A stretch of 64,000 bases of DNA, taken from positions 1 through 64,000 of the forward strand of contig NW_026779567.1 in the NCBI RefSeq assembly GCF_030144855.1, written 5' to 3'. The position numbers were made by a program, and so were the translations under genes. The stretch is from Hypanus sabinus. Its lineage: Eukaryota. Position 1 is the stretch's first letter. Every line of letters starts with the position of its first letter. This document shows positions 1 through 11,291 of the stretch, in pieces. Under the pieces are notes generated by a model. The model searched no databases and was not told the origin of the DNA. It was given only the letters and a program-made list of their open reading frames with translations.

Positions 1-99
1 GTGAACTCCCCGGAGCATGACAAGGTGGGTTAACTGAATGAGTCTCTTCACACACACGGAGCAGGTGAACGGCCGCTTCCCAGTGCGAAGCTGTTGGTG
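1..99 (-). pseudogene. Degenerate C2H2 (Kruppel-type) zinc-finger fragment, continues beyond the left edge
   Basis: Minus strand translates HQQLRTGKRPFTCSVCVKRLIQLTHLVMLRGVH: a TGxRPF linker plus CxxC, with the first His of the finger replaced by Leu. Confidence 0.7.
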
Positions 100-849
100 T
101 ATCTGCGATGAATGACGTCAAACGGCTATCAACGTCATGGCAATGGATCAAGTCAGATCACGGACATGGACACGTGGTCGTTCCCTCCTTGTAGCGGGTG
201 GGGCGCTGTGTTCTCTAGCATCTGCAGCTCAAAACATGTTGGAGGAAAAATACTTCATCTTCTAACTGGCCACAGTTCCGGCATGAGGCACAATATCAAA
301 CTCTCTGCTTCTCTCTCTGTATCAAAATGGATCATTCCTCTCCTTCATTAGTCTGTGACTTGGCTCTGTTTGTCTGTCTCCTTCGCATTCTGAGCATGTG
401 CCACACACCTACTCAGATCACATTTTATATACACGGCTGTGACTGGAGACTTTCTGATTATTATGTCCCTCCCGGCATTTGACAGTAGTAAACTCAGAGT
501 CAGCAATGGTATTGAACATCGGGAGTAGGTGATTAGGCTTCTTCGTTGGAGATCAATAAACTGCCGGTAGTGTGTGTCTGGATGAGTGGGTCGTTTTCAG
601 ACTGGAAGGAGGAAGCGTTTGGAATACCCCAGAGATCAGTCCCTAGCCACAGTTGTTCACAGTTTAATGTCCTGGCGGAGGCAGCGAGCTGTGAGATGTC
701 CCAGTCTGCTGGTGACGCAAGGAGAGTGGAGTTGGGGGAGGAGAGGCGATTCACATGCAATTTCGTAGCTTTGCAATGTGTACAGAGTGCACTGTGGGGC
801 TGCAGTGGCGGGTTCCAATCTGCTAATTACATTTGCTGGCTGCACTACA

Positions 850-985
850 TTGAATCCAAATAACGAGGAAGCGCATAGAGTAGAAGACATTACCCCGACA
901 CAGTGGTGTCAAGAAAACAACCTCTCCCTCATTGTGACAAAAACAAAGGAGCTGGCTGTGGATTACAGGAGGAATGGAGACTGGG
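850..985 (+). mobile_element. Rex1/Babar-type LINE RT fragment
   Basis: ORF 778..1017 contains WCQENNLSLIVTKTKELAVDYRR, the 'WC..N.L.LN..KTKE..VDFR' RT motif. Confidence 0.6.
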
Positions 986-1485
986 AACAAATTCAACATT
1001 TCCAAGTCTGTTATTGACACAAATGCACATTTTAATATTGATCATGACACAATGTATTTTTTTATATTGTTAATGACATAAAGAATATTTATAGATTTTT
1101 ACTGACAGAGAATCGTATTATTTGTGTTCCGTGTGTTATCTGAATGTACTTGTCTGTGATGCTGACACAAGTCAGTATTTCTCTGTACCTGTACCTTCCC
1201 GTACTTGAGCACTTGGCAATAAATTCAAGAGGACCTGAGAAATATCAGTGAGATTTGATTGGTGACGATCATCTTGGCGGCTCGGTAGGTCGAATGTATG
1301 AGACAGTGAGTACACTGTTAAATGCAAAACCCTGAACAGTGTTGAGGATCAGAGGGATCTCAGACTCCAAGTTCATCGCTCCCTGAAAGAGGCTGCACAG
1401 ATTGATCGGTTATGAAGGCAAATAGCATGGTTGTCTTTATTAGTTGAAGCATTGAGTTCAAAAGTCGGGAAGTTGTGTTGCAGCC

Positions 1486-2480
1486 GTTCCGAGCCTGCGG
1501 TCGTACTGCGACTGTTTCTTTAAGAGCGCCGGCGTGAGGAGGCGGGACTATGACGTCAGTCACAGGCTGACAGCGCTGACTGTGGACTGAACCATCAGAG
1601 AGAGAGAGAGCGATCTGCAGNNNNNNNNNNNNNNNNNNNNNNNNNNNNNNNNNNNNNNNNNNNNNNNNNNNNNNNNNNNNNNNNNNNNNNNNNNNNNNNN
1701 NNNNNNNNNNNNNNNNNNNNNNNNNNNNNNNNNNNNNNNNNNNNNNNNNNNNNNNNNNNNNNNNNNNNNNNNNNNNNNNNNNNNNNNNNNNNNNNNNNNN
1801 NNNNNNNNNNNNNNNNNNNNNNNNNNNNNNNNNNNNNNNNNNNNNNNNNNNNNNNNNNNNNNNNNNNNNNNNNNNNNNNNNNNNNNNNNNNNNNNNNNNN
1901 NNNNNNNNNNNNNNNNNNNNNNNNNNNNNNNNNNNNNNNNNNNNNTGCCCGCAAGAGAGCGTTGATCATCGGTACGGAACCACAACGAATGTGTGTGGCT
2001 GTCACTTCGTATAATCCATAACAGTGGATTTGGGAATATCTTGTATTAACCCTTGCCTGGGTATGTTGTGTGGTAACCCCGGGAAGACGGTATTCCTGTG
2101 ACAGGTCACTTTCGCTGATAACTCGTATCTGGACGGATTCAGCGGATAAGAACTTCGTCGACGGTTATTTTGAATTAACGGCCTTTTCTCTACGTTTCAC
2201 CCTGGATTACAAATATCTCTGTCCCATCATTTATTCCGTGGATTACTGAACTTTCCTGCTTTACCATCTCAAGACTCTAAGCTTTGTTCCCTCACGCTCG
2301 ATAGTCTGTGAGATACATTTACACATATATACACATAACACTGTTAACTTTCATTTATTTCATAAAGTTACTATATTATAAGTAGATACTAATAAAGAGA
2401 GTGGTTTTAACATCAAAACCAAACTCCAGTGTGAACTCTATTGCTGCTGGTTCGTTTCTAAAACGTTACAGTTCGTGACA
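1486..2480 (+). mobile_element. Probable solo LTR (spans the assembly gap)
   Basis: Interrupts a CR1 copy; has AATAAA near 2391, ends ...GTTCGTGACA, and has a CpG-rich 5' part with TGACGTCA. No clean TSD seen. Confidence 0.55.
1621..1945. other. Assembly gap (N run)
   Basis: Run of N. Confidence 1.
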
Positions 2481-2679
2481 CGGTTTCATAAAACTAGTTA
2501 GACCACATCTGGAGTGTTTTATACAGTTCTGGTTGCCCCCATTCTCGGAATGATATCGGGGCTTTGGACAGGGCGCGGAAGAGGTTTAACAGGATACCGC
2601 CTGGATTAGAGGGCATGAGCTATAACGAGAGGCTGGACAAACTTGTGTTGTTTTCTCCAGAGCGGCGCAGGCTGGGGTG

Positions 2680-3270
2680 AGCTTTGTGTCATCCACAAAC
2701 ATGGAGATGCTGCATTTAATTCCCTCGTCTAAATCATTACTGTATATTGCAAACAACTGGGGTCCCCGCACTGAGCCTTGCGGTACCCCACTAGTCACTG
2801 CTTGACATTCTGAAAGGGTTCCGTTTATTCCCACGCTTTGCTTCCTGTCTGCCAACCAATTCTCTATCCATATGAATACCATACACCCAATACGGTGTGC
2901 TTTAAGCTTGCACACTAATCTCCTGTGTGGGACCTTGTCAAAAGCCTTTTGAAAATACAAATATACAGCATCCACTGGCTCTCCCCTATCCACTCTACTA
3001 GTTACATCCTCAAAAAATTCTATAGATTCGTCAGACATGACTTTGTCCGATGATTTCACCGCTTTCCAAATGTGCTGTTAGCACATCTTTGATAACTGAC
3101 TATAGCATTTTCCCCACCACCGAAGTCAGACTAGCCGGTCTATAATTCCCGGGTTTCTCTCTCCCTCCTTCCTTATAAAGTGGGGTTACGTTTGCCACCC
3201 TCCAATTCTCAGAAACTAATCCAGAATCTAAAGAGTTTTATTTCTTCGGCTACTTTATAAGTCATTGATT
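2680..3270 (-). mobile_element. CR1 LINE ORF2 RT fragment
   Basis: VDAVYLYFQKAFDKVPH...VTSGVPQGSV...MFVDDTK motifs in ORF 2586..3059. Confidence 0.9.
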
Positions 3271-3965
3271 GGCAATGATGCCCATTGTCAATCAGCCCAT
3301 CCATTCTTCCATGACCAACATTTTCAAGCAGCTCAGCACCCTCTCCCTGGCAGCCTTCTTCAGACAGTTTTTTCACTCCCTCCCTGGTGAACGTTTTATA
3401 TCCTTGCTTTGTTTTCTCCCCAGAGACCATTTTCAATCAGGGGGTCTCTGGAATGAAAGACTCTCTTGACCACCGTCCACTGGAATTCAAGGACTGTTTA
3501 TAAGAAATAATAAATATACCGCCAACAACAGAGACATTCTTACAACCTCACCTCCAGATTCTGTGAGTTATTACTCCAAGTGTTGTGGAGGGAGAATCCA
3601 GAGACTGGGAAACATGCTCAGTAAAACTCCAGGTGTGTAGACAGATGAGGAACCACCCCTGGTAAATTTCACTGTTTGCCATATGAATCCAGGAACCATG
3701 TGTGGTAAAACTTCCAGTGAGAGGGATACAGAAACTAAAAACTGCTCACACTTATCCTTCCTCTTCAGAAAGGAGTTTCTGAGACGGGGAGAGGGACGCG
3801 ATACTGTGAGACTGGCCTCCCTCAGCCTGGAGGTGAGACTGTGCTGTGCCACTGTGAGGAGCTCAGGACAACTGTTGCAGTGAATGTGGTTCATGGGGCA
3901 GCAGTAACCTCAGGTCACTATGCATCAAATACAACTCAAGTCAGACATCAAGACAGGAAGATTAA

Positions 3966-3971
3966 TTTATT
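3966..3971 (-). promoter_or_regulatory. Candidate polyadenylation signal (AATAAA) of the NLR gene
   Basis: TTTATT on the + strand, ~480 bp downstream of the NLR stop codon. Confidence 0.45.
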
Positions 3972-4452
3972 TTATCATGTCAAATATGTATTAAACAACA
4001 TGTGTCCTACCGGTTTGGGGGATTAAATAAGCTGCTGCCGATTCACTGAGAGTCACTCACAATAAACTGACCAGTGACAACGAGTGACAGGTTGAATAAT
4101 CACTCCCGTTTCTCATCGTCATTCTGCATCGGGGAACTGATGATTATAAAATCACACATCAGGGAAGAGTCTGAGATTGCTGCAGATCCAGGGTCACCGT
4201 CGAGGTATTATATCGGCCAGACTCCCAACCCTCGGTGTGTAATTCCCAAGGGTCCCCCTGGCGAAACCTGCACCCGGACATCCAGCGAAAGCTGTGCCGC
4301 CGCACGGAATGTGGGACTACGTGTCTGCAGATCACTTCTGTCATCGCCGAGGCATTGTCTGGAGCCAGGGTCCATTACAACCATCGGGAGTTAAATCTAC
4401 AGGGCTGCCATTAAAGGGGAGGGTAAAATCTTTCCATCCCACAAGCAGATGT

Positions 4453-4540
4453 TCACAGGTTCACGTCCAGTCCAGGTCTGCGTTCCTGCAGAGACCTCAG
4501 TTCCTCCTTTCCATTCCAACTGAACTGATTGTACCGCAGC
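4453..4540 (-). CDS. NLR terminal exon 11
   Basis: Acceptor tctgtttcag|G; encodes LRYNQFSWNGKEELRSLQERRPGLDVNL* with TGA at 4453-4455. Confidence 0.85.
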
Positions 4541-4852
4541 CTGAAACAGATGGACGATTCAGCGAAATAAACAGCTTATAAAACAGTATCAGTAACAGGG
4601 ACTGGGGTTAATCGACTGTGGGTATACCCGCACCATAGGGACCGCAGTGCTTCAAGAAGTCCTCACCACCTTCTCAAAGGCAACTGTGGATGAGCAATAA
4701 ATCCTGGCTCAGCTGGTGACGCCCACATTCCACATCCCGTAAATGTATAAATTTTTAAAAAGTTTTTCAACAACACTCATAGACAAGTATCGGCAGATAT
4801 CTCGCGGATCTGCAGATATTTTACCACACTGAATATTAATACAAACACTCAC

Positions 4853-5020
4853 TCAATCCGCTCCAGATTCGGGAGGGTCTCTATGAGGCGGCAGAGAGCG
4901 GGAGCAGATCGGTCTTTGAGTGAGTTCCATCCGAGGTTTAGCCCTGTCAGTGACCAGTTCATACTGAGAGCGGAGACGAGATCATCAGCACCGGAATCTG
5001 TGAGACCAACACCCCGCAGC
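4853..5020 (-). CDS. NLR LRR exon 10 (168 bp)
   Basis: ctccag| ... |gtgagt; LRGVGLTDSGADDLVSALSMNWSLTGLNLGWNSLKDRSAPALCRLIETLPNLERI. Confidence 0.9.
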
Positions 5021-5154
5021 CTGGAGATGAGAGAATGAGAGTGAAAGACACAGCGACAAGAGACGATATCAGTAACACTATTACTGATCACATTAATGTT
5101 CAGTGTCAAACACCCGGAGAATGTAAGCACAATCTCCCACAGTTTGGTACTTAC

Positions 5155-5325
5155 TGCAGTGTCTGTATTTTACATTCCGGGTTCCTCAGAGCTGCAGACA
5201 CCAGTTTCACTCCTGAATCTCCCAGTTTATTTCCATTCAGGTTCAGCTGCATCAGTGACCTGTTTGTATTGAGAGCGGAGGCGAGATATTCCGCACCAGC
5301 GTCTCCGAGACCAACATCGTCCAGG
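5155..5325 (-). CDS. NLR LRR exon 9 (171 bp)
   Basis: ctccag| ... |gtaagt; LDDVGLGDAGAEYLASALNTNRSLMQLNLNGNKLGDSGVKLVSAALRNPECKIQTL. Confidence 0.9.
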
Positions 5326-5449
5326 CTGGAGATGAGAGTGAGTGAGGGTGAAGGATGTAGAGAGATAGTGGACGGTACAGATCCCTAGTGTTTATCAGCA
5401 ACACAATCACTGATCACATTAATATTCAGTGTCAGGCAACCAGTGACTA

Positions 5450-5850
5450 TGAATGAATGAATGATCTTTATTGTCATTATACATAGATACAATGAATCTC
5501 TGTTTGGCTTCCTCTCAGGCAATTAAGTAAAGCGGTAGATAAAAACAAGACTGTAATAGAAAAACAGTATTAACTAGATAAGTAGCAGTAAATAAGTTGC
5601 TGCAGCACCGGAATATCACAATAATGCACAAAGTGCCTCTATTGCAAGTATTTGAGTCCTTGTGTGTGCATGTGCGTGCTCACAGTTTCAGTCATTATTC
5701 TGTGGGAGTGGTGTGATGGAGGCCACTGCTCCGGGGTAGAAGCTGTTCCTCAGTCTATTTATTCTGGCTTTTAGTGTTCTGGACCTTTTTCTGGAAGGCA
5801 GCTGGTCAAACAGGGAGGGGCCGGGAAGTGTGGTATCTCTGGTGTCACTA
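5450..5850 (-). mobile_element. LINE 3'-end fragment inserted in an LRR intron
   Basis: (GAAT)n tail and TTTATT at 5451-5472. This intron is 545 bp, against ~130-155 bp for its paralogous neighbours. Confidence 0.55.
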
Positions 5851-5870
5851 CCTCCCAGTCTGATACTTAC

Positions 5871-6041
5871 TCCAGTTTCTGTATCTTACACTCTGCATTT
5901 CCCAGAGCCGCAGACACCAGTTTCACTCCAGAATCTCCCAGTTCATTCCGACTCAGGTCCAGTTCCATCAGGGATCGGTTAGTACTGAGGGAAGAGGAGA
6001 GATCCTCGGCACCAGAATCTGTGAGACTGACCTCCCTTAGC
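5871..6041 (-). CDS. NLR LRR exon 8 (171 bp)
   Basis: ctgaag| ... |gtaagt; LREVSLTDSGAEDLSSSLSTNRSLMELDLSRNELGDSGVKLVSAALGNAECKIQKL. Confidence 0.85.
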
Positions 6042-6195
6042 CTTCAGATGAGAGAGAGTGAGAGTGACAGACACAGAGAGAAAGGAGACGGTACAAATCC
6101 CCAGTGTTTATCGAAACACATTTACTGATCACATTCACGGTCAGTGTCAGACACCCTGTGACTATAACCACAATCTCCCACGGTCTGGTACTTAC

Positions 6196-6366
6196 CCCAG
6201 TTTCTGTGTTTTACACTCTGGGTTCCTCAGAGCCGCAGACACCAGTTTCACCCCTGAATCTCCCAGTTCATTACCACTCAGGTTCAGAACTGTCAGTGAC
6301 CGGTTTGTACTGAGTGCGGAGATGAGACCCTCAGCACCAGAATTGGTGATACCCACGTGGTTTAGC
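6196..6366 (-). CDS. NLR LRR exon 7 (171 bp)
   Basis: ctccag| ... |gtaagt; LNHVGITNSGAEGLISALSTNRSLTVLNLSGNELGDSGVKLVSAALRNPECKTQKL. Confidence 0.9.
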
Positions 6367-6495
6367 CTGGAGATGAGAGAGAGTGAGGGGCAGGACACAG
6401 AGAGACAGGAGATGGTACTGACAACTGATCATATTAATGTTCAGTGTCAGACACCCAGTGACGGTAAACACAATCTCCCACAGTCTGGTACTTAC

Positions 6496-6582
6496 CACAG
6501 TTTCTGTATTTTACACTCCGGGTTCATCAGAGCCGCAGACACCAGTTCCACTCCTGAATCTCCCAGTTCATTCCACCCAAGT
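6496..6582 (-). CDS. NLR LRR exon 6 (87 bp)
   Basis: gtttag| ... |gtaagt; LGWNELGDSGVELVSAALMNPECKIQKL. Confidence 0.88.
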
Positions 6583-6919
6583 CTAAACTCAAACAGACAA
6601 TTTGATGAATCAAGTGATTCCAACGGTGGGTCTGAGGGATTTTCATCACTTGGAGATATGAGGAAACATTAAAACCTCTGATAAATCACTGATCGGAATT
6701 GCTCAGCTCCAGGTTAGTCACCGAATGTTAGTAATTTAGTCTGACGGTCTGTCCCTGTAAACTTACCACATTTTGTTTCCCACAACGAGGAGTTGTGGCT
6801 GGGAAAATGTCCAGAGGTGATGGTGAAAGTGACTCCACCAGAGTAAAAGCACTGGAACAGATAGATAACAAAGGAAACGGGATGATCGAGGAAGAGATTC
6901 AACAGGAGTGAAAGGATAT

Positions 6920-7400
6920 GGGGAAAGTGAGATCCCCTTGGGAGAAAAGGGGTTGGGGGGCATGGGATCCCTCAGGAGGAAGGGGAATTGGGACAGAGAT
7001 CACTCAGGATGATGGGGGATTGGAAAGAATCCTCTAGCAGAAGGGGTGAGGGAGAGAGATCCCAGTGGTGGAAGGGAATGGGGAAAGAAATCCCTCAGCA
7101 GGAAGGAGGATCGGGAGGGAGATCCCTCAGGAGAAAGGGGTATTTGGAAGGAGATCCCTCAGGAGGAAAAGGGGATGGGGAGAGATATCTCTCAGGAGGA
7201 AGTGGGATGGGGAGGGAGATCTCTTAAAAGGAATGGGGGATGAGGCTGAGAGATCCCAACAGGAAGAAGAGGTAGAGAAATAGATCACACAGAAGTAAGG
7301 CGGATGGGGAAGAGAGATCCTAAAAGGAAGAACGTGACGAGGGAAGTGATATCCCACAGGAGGATGGGAGATGGGGTACGGAGATCCCTTAGGAGGATAG
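6920..7400 (+). repeat. Degenerate purine-rich minisatellite, ~30-bp unit
   Basis: GAGATCCCTCAGGAGGA..GGGGA-like units recur about every 30 bp, roughly 15 copies. Confidence 0.8.
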
Positions 7401-7424
7401 TAATCAGAAAAGATGATCTGCAGT

Positions 7425-8140
7425 TCAACTCAGTAAGACAAAGGAGATGTTGACATACCTTAGGAAGACCAGACCTTCACGGCTCCCTGTTACTACTGAT
7501 GGTGAGAACGTGGATGTGGTGAGGACAAGAGCCTGGATGACAGACTCGAGTGGAGAGCCAACACATGGCTGGGTACAAGAAAGGAAAGAGTTGCCTCGAC
7601 TTCCTGAGGAGATAGCGTTCATTTGTCGCATGCAGGCCTCTCCTTCACATGTTCTACCAGTCTGGTGTCACTAGTATAATCTCTTATATATGGTGTTCTG
7701 GAGAATGGCATCACCGCGGGTGATGCCAACAGGATCAATAAACTGAACAGAAATGCTGACAGTGTTATAGGAGTCAGACTAGACACATGGAGGCTGTGGT
7801 AGAACAAAGGACCCTTCGGAAAATCCTGGCAGTTCTGGGCAATGTTTCTCCATCTCTGCATGTCACCTTGGCTGAATATAGGGGTACTCTGAGTACTAGA
7901 CTAAGACAACTATGCTGTTCCAAAAAGCGCTATATGAGGTCATCTTTACCCTCGGTCATTAGACTCTATAATAAGTCAATCTATAGCCGGGGATGTGATT
8001 ACTCTCTCCTGTTAGACTGTTTCAGTTGTTTAATTTTTATTCTTTTCTGCTTCTCTTCTCATATTTGTATACTTACATGTTTGTGCACTTCTAATGCCAC
8101 TGTAACACTGTAATTCCCTTTTAGATCAATGAAGTATCTG
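7425..8140 (+). mobile_element. Rex1/Babar-type LINE 3' fragment
   Basis: LSKTKEML.., 'RLRQLCCSKKRYMRSSLPSVIRLYN', then a poly(A)-signal-like and microsatellite-like tail. Confidence 0.65.
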
Positions 8141-8706
8141 TCTCTCTGTCCCACTAGGGAGGTGATCTGGACGTATATTGCACGGGAAAGGTTGTCCTGA
8201 ACTGAGGCCCACAATCGGAGAGGAGATGGCCACGTGAAGTCTGGGTATATAGTGGTAAAGAGCAAAATGACCCAGGTGGAGTTATGGTGAAGGTCACACA
8301 TGGGAAGGGGGAGACAATCGCTTTCACTGGGACAGCACACTGACCTTCCAGGGGAAGTGGGTGTAAGTCTCCAAACCACCTGCTGCAATCAGTGTTGGTC
8401 TGGGTGACAGAAACAGTGACATGGGCTTTGTCAATGGACGTGTCACAGGCAGCAAAAACACTGCCATCCCTGTCATTTACGACCATTAAACTAATGGCCA
8501 TTGTTCACTGATCTGATGAAGTCTAACATCCCCTCACAAAGAAACCACAGAACCTTCCTGACTTTGGGGAATTACTGACAGATCCCCTGCTCATTTGACA
8601 GAGTTCTTTACTATCTGATTCACTACAGTTTCATGCAAATTCCTTAACATTGAAATAACACAATGGAACAGTATCGCAGTACAGAATGAGAGACAAATCA
8701 AGTTAC

Positions 8707-10429
8707 CTCAACTCCTGGCACTTGTGCAGCCCGGGCCCCAGCCGCTGGTTTCCTTCACACTGAATGTGGCAGTCCAAAAGGTCGAGATGTTTTATTGTAT
8801 CACAGATTCCGATGGCATGAGACAGGACCGCGCAGTCAATCGGGGTCAGTAACATTCGACTGAATGAAAGTGTTTCCACAGATCCCAGTATGGCCTGAGC
8901 CAGCCCACGATTTTGAGACTCAAACAGGTAGTGTAATGTGTTCAGGAGGCTCCTTTTACCAGCTTCGCTCCTCGTGTTACCACTCTGGCGTTTAACCTCC
9001 TCCCTCACCCAGTCAATCACCCGGCAGCTTGTTTGATGAGGAAATGGACCCAGAAACTCCTCCAGGCCCCGAGCTGTCAGTGGGGAGGAGAGACCAGCAA
9101 TAAAACGGAGAAATACCTCAAATCGCCCATCTGTCGTCTTGTGGGCTTCAGTGAGAAATTTCAGGATATCTCCGGGATGTATAGTCAGGAATTGTGCAAC
9201 TGCAGCTATAAACTCTTGGATGGTGAGGTGTGGGAATGTGTACACCTCGCACCGGCCAGAATCCTCCCTCTCCAAAAGCTCCATCAAGAACCCGGACAGG
9301 AACTGGGAAGGCTGCAGATTGTACTTGATCAAATCTCCATCTGTAAACACAATCTTCTCGGACACTCCTCTGAAGGCCATCTGACCAACCCTGAGTAACA
9401 CTTCATGGGGGTTCTCGATCTCTCGGCCGTGGTTTTTCAGGATGTTGTAAATATAGTAGGAGTACAGTTGGGTGATGGTCTTGGGAACTTTCTGCGGGTC
9501 CCTGACATTTTGTGTGAAGAAGGGGCTCAATGCCAGAGCGAGGATCCAGCAGTAGGAGGGGTTGTAGCTCATGGTGTACAGGATCTCGTTCTCCTGCATG
9601 TATTTGAAAACAGCTGCAGCCACCGTCTGATCTTCAAAATGCCTGATGAAATATTGCTACCGTTCCTCACCAACAAATCCCAGGATTTCAGCCCAGACAC
9701 TGATCTCAGCCTTTTCCAATAAATGTAACGCAGTGGGGCGGGTGGTCACCAGCACTGAACACCCTGGGAGCAGCTTGCCCTGGATTAAACTGTACACAAT
9801 GTCAGACACTTCACACCAGCACTCGGGATCTGGGCACTGGTGCTTGCGTTCTGTGTCTCTCTGACTGTCAGCAAAATCGATTCTGTGCTTGAATTCATCC
9901 AAACCATCAAATATAAACAGCAATCTCTTTGGGTTCTTCCAGACCTCTCTCAGGATATTCCCAAAGTAAGGATACTGATCCAGAATCAGTTCCATCAGGC
10001 TTGTTTGACGGTTAATGGAGTTTAAATCCCGGAATTTGAAACTGAACACAAACTGGAATTGTTGGTATATTTTCCCTGTGGCCCAGTCGTAAACAATTTT
10101 TTGTACCATCGTTGTTTTCCCGATCCCCGGGGCTCCAGCCACTGCTGCCGAGCTCCCAGATTTGGAGTTACTGCTCTGGAACAATGTTTCAGTCCCGAGT
10201 TTTTCCAGCTCTCCACGGAGATATTTCTCTCTCCACTCCTCGTGGTCTCTGCCTCTTGCCAGCAGCTCATGTTCCACCAGTGTCCGATCTCGAACAGTAG
10301 AAATGACCGTGAGCTCAGCGTATCGATCAACCAGTTGGAAAACCTTCACCTTCTCCCTCATCAGGATTGTGCTCACTCTCAGTGTTTCAGTTTGTGCCCG
10401 CAGAGCCTCCTTGTGTTTCTGTTGAGCAT
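8707..10429 (-). CDS. NLR large exon 5: FISNA-like, NACHT (NBD, HD1, WHD, HD2) and first LRR; contains a premature TAG
   Basis: ORFs 9657..10472 and 8703..9623 are in the same frame. Motifs YAELTVI..EHELL, GAPGIGKTT, FDGLDE, VLVTTRP, YTFPHLTIQEF, NTLHYLFESQN. Acceptor cattgaag|AT, donor AG|gtaact. Confidence 0.95.
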
Positions 10430-11291
10430 CTTCAATGGGAACAGACAGTGGACAAACTTTTAGATGCCTCAATTCAGAACTCAGTATTTAAGTACTCAAG
10501 AATTAGTTCAAAGCTATTTCATTAATTGGATTCATCAATGGAGGCTCGTACAGTAAATTCAATTAACAGACTCCTGACTGGATAGAGAGGCCTGGTCCAG
10601 ATAAACACCAGATCATCACATTTCCAGATTAATTGTGGTGTGAAGATGCGTATTGCCCTGGTAGTTTACTGACCCCCGACTGTCCTGTACTGGAAAACAA
10701 CGATTACCCAGAGCTATCTTCGTTCCTGTGGAGGAACTTTGAAAGCCCGATGTTTGATATGGAGATGGAGAAAAGGGTTGTGGGCATTCCGTCAAAGGAA
10801 CAGGCCTGGTAACCACAGCTCCCCCTCATACCGTCACTGATTCAAAGCACAAAGTATATTTGTTGATTAGCTCCTGCACTGTGGGTGGGAGTTGTTGGGG
10901 GAGAAAATGTCACTGTCTTGCTCAGGGGATTGAGATAGTCAGCATCTTGACAGAGAATGCAGACAATCCCCCCCCCACCCCCTATCATCACAGATGCTGC
11001 TCAGCTTACTGAGTTCCTCCAGAAAATGGTTCGAGATGCAGATCTGCAGTCTGGTGTCTCCGAAAGTGTCCATGTTGCAAATACTCAAAAGATTCAAGAT
11101 TGAAGATACACAAGTGAAAAGGGGAAGGAAATAATTGTTATTCTGGATCTGATGTAGCACAGGAAACTCAGATAAAGAACACAATGGAAAACACAATAAA
11201 TATAAATATATACGGTACAGGAGTCACTCTGAACTCAGGTGGTGGTGGTGGAGTGGGGGTTGTCAGTTATGGAGAGGAGGCTTAGTCTGTG

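Larger units (their letters stand above)
1290..2670 (+). mobile_element. CR1 LINE 3' fragment split by an LTR-like insertion (~1486-2480)
   Basis: CR1 ORF2 C-terminal sequence GCATTGAGTTCAAAAGTCGGGAAGTTGTGTTGCAGC resumes after the insert as ATAAAACTAGTTAGACCACATCTGGAG. An uninterrupted inverted copy lies at ~51450-51850. Confidence 0.7.

Noticed and set aside
1560-2005. ORFs spanning N runs (also 31995-32320)
   Set aside because: Artefacts of assembly gaps.
3571-3894. 107-aa minus ORF as a possible B30.2 or extra NLR exon
   Set aside because: Lies beyond the stop codon and candidate poly(A) signal; no PRY/SPRY motifs.
6058-6672. 204-aa plus-strand ORF with internal repeats (also 5035..5388)
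   Set aside because: Antisense shadow of the duplicated LRR exon/intron units.
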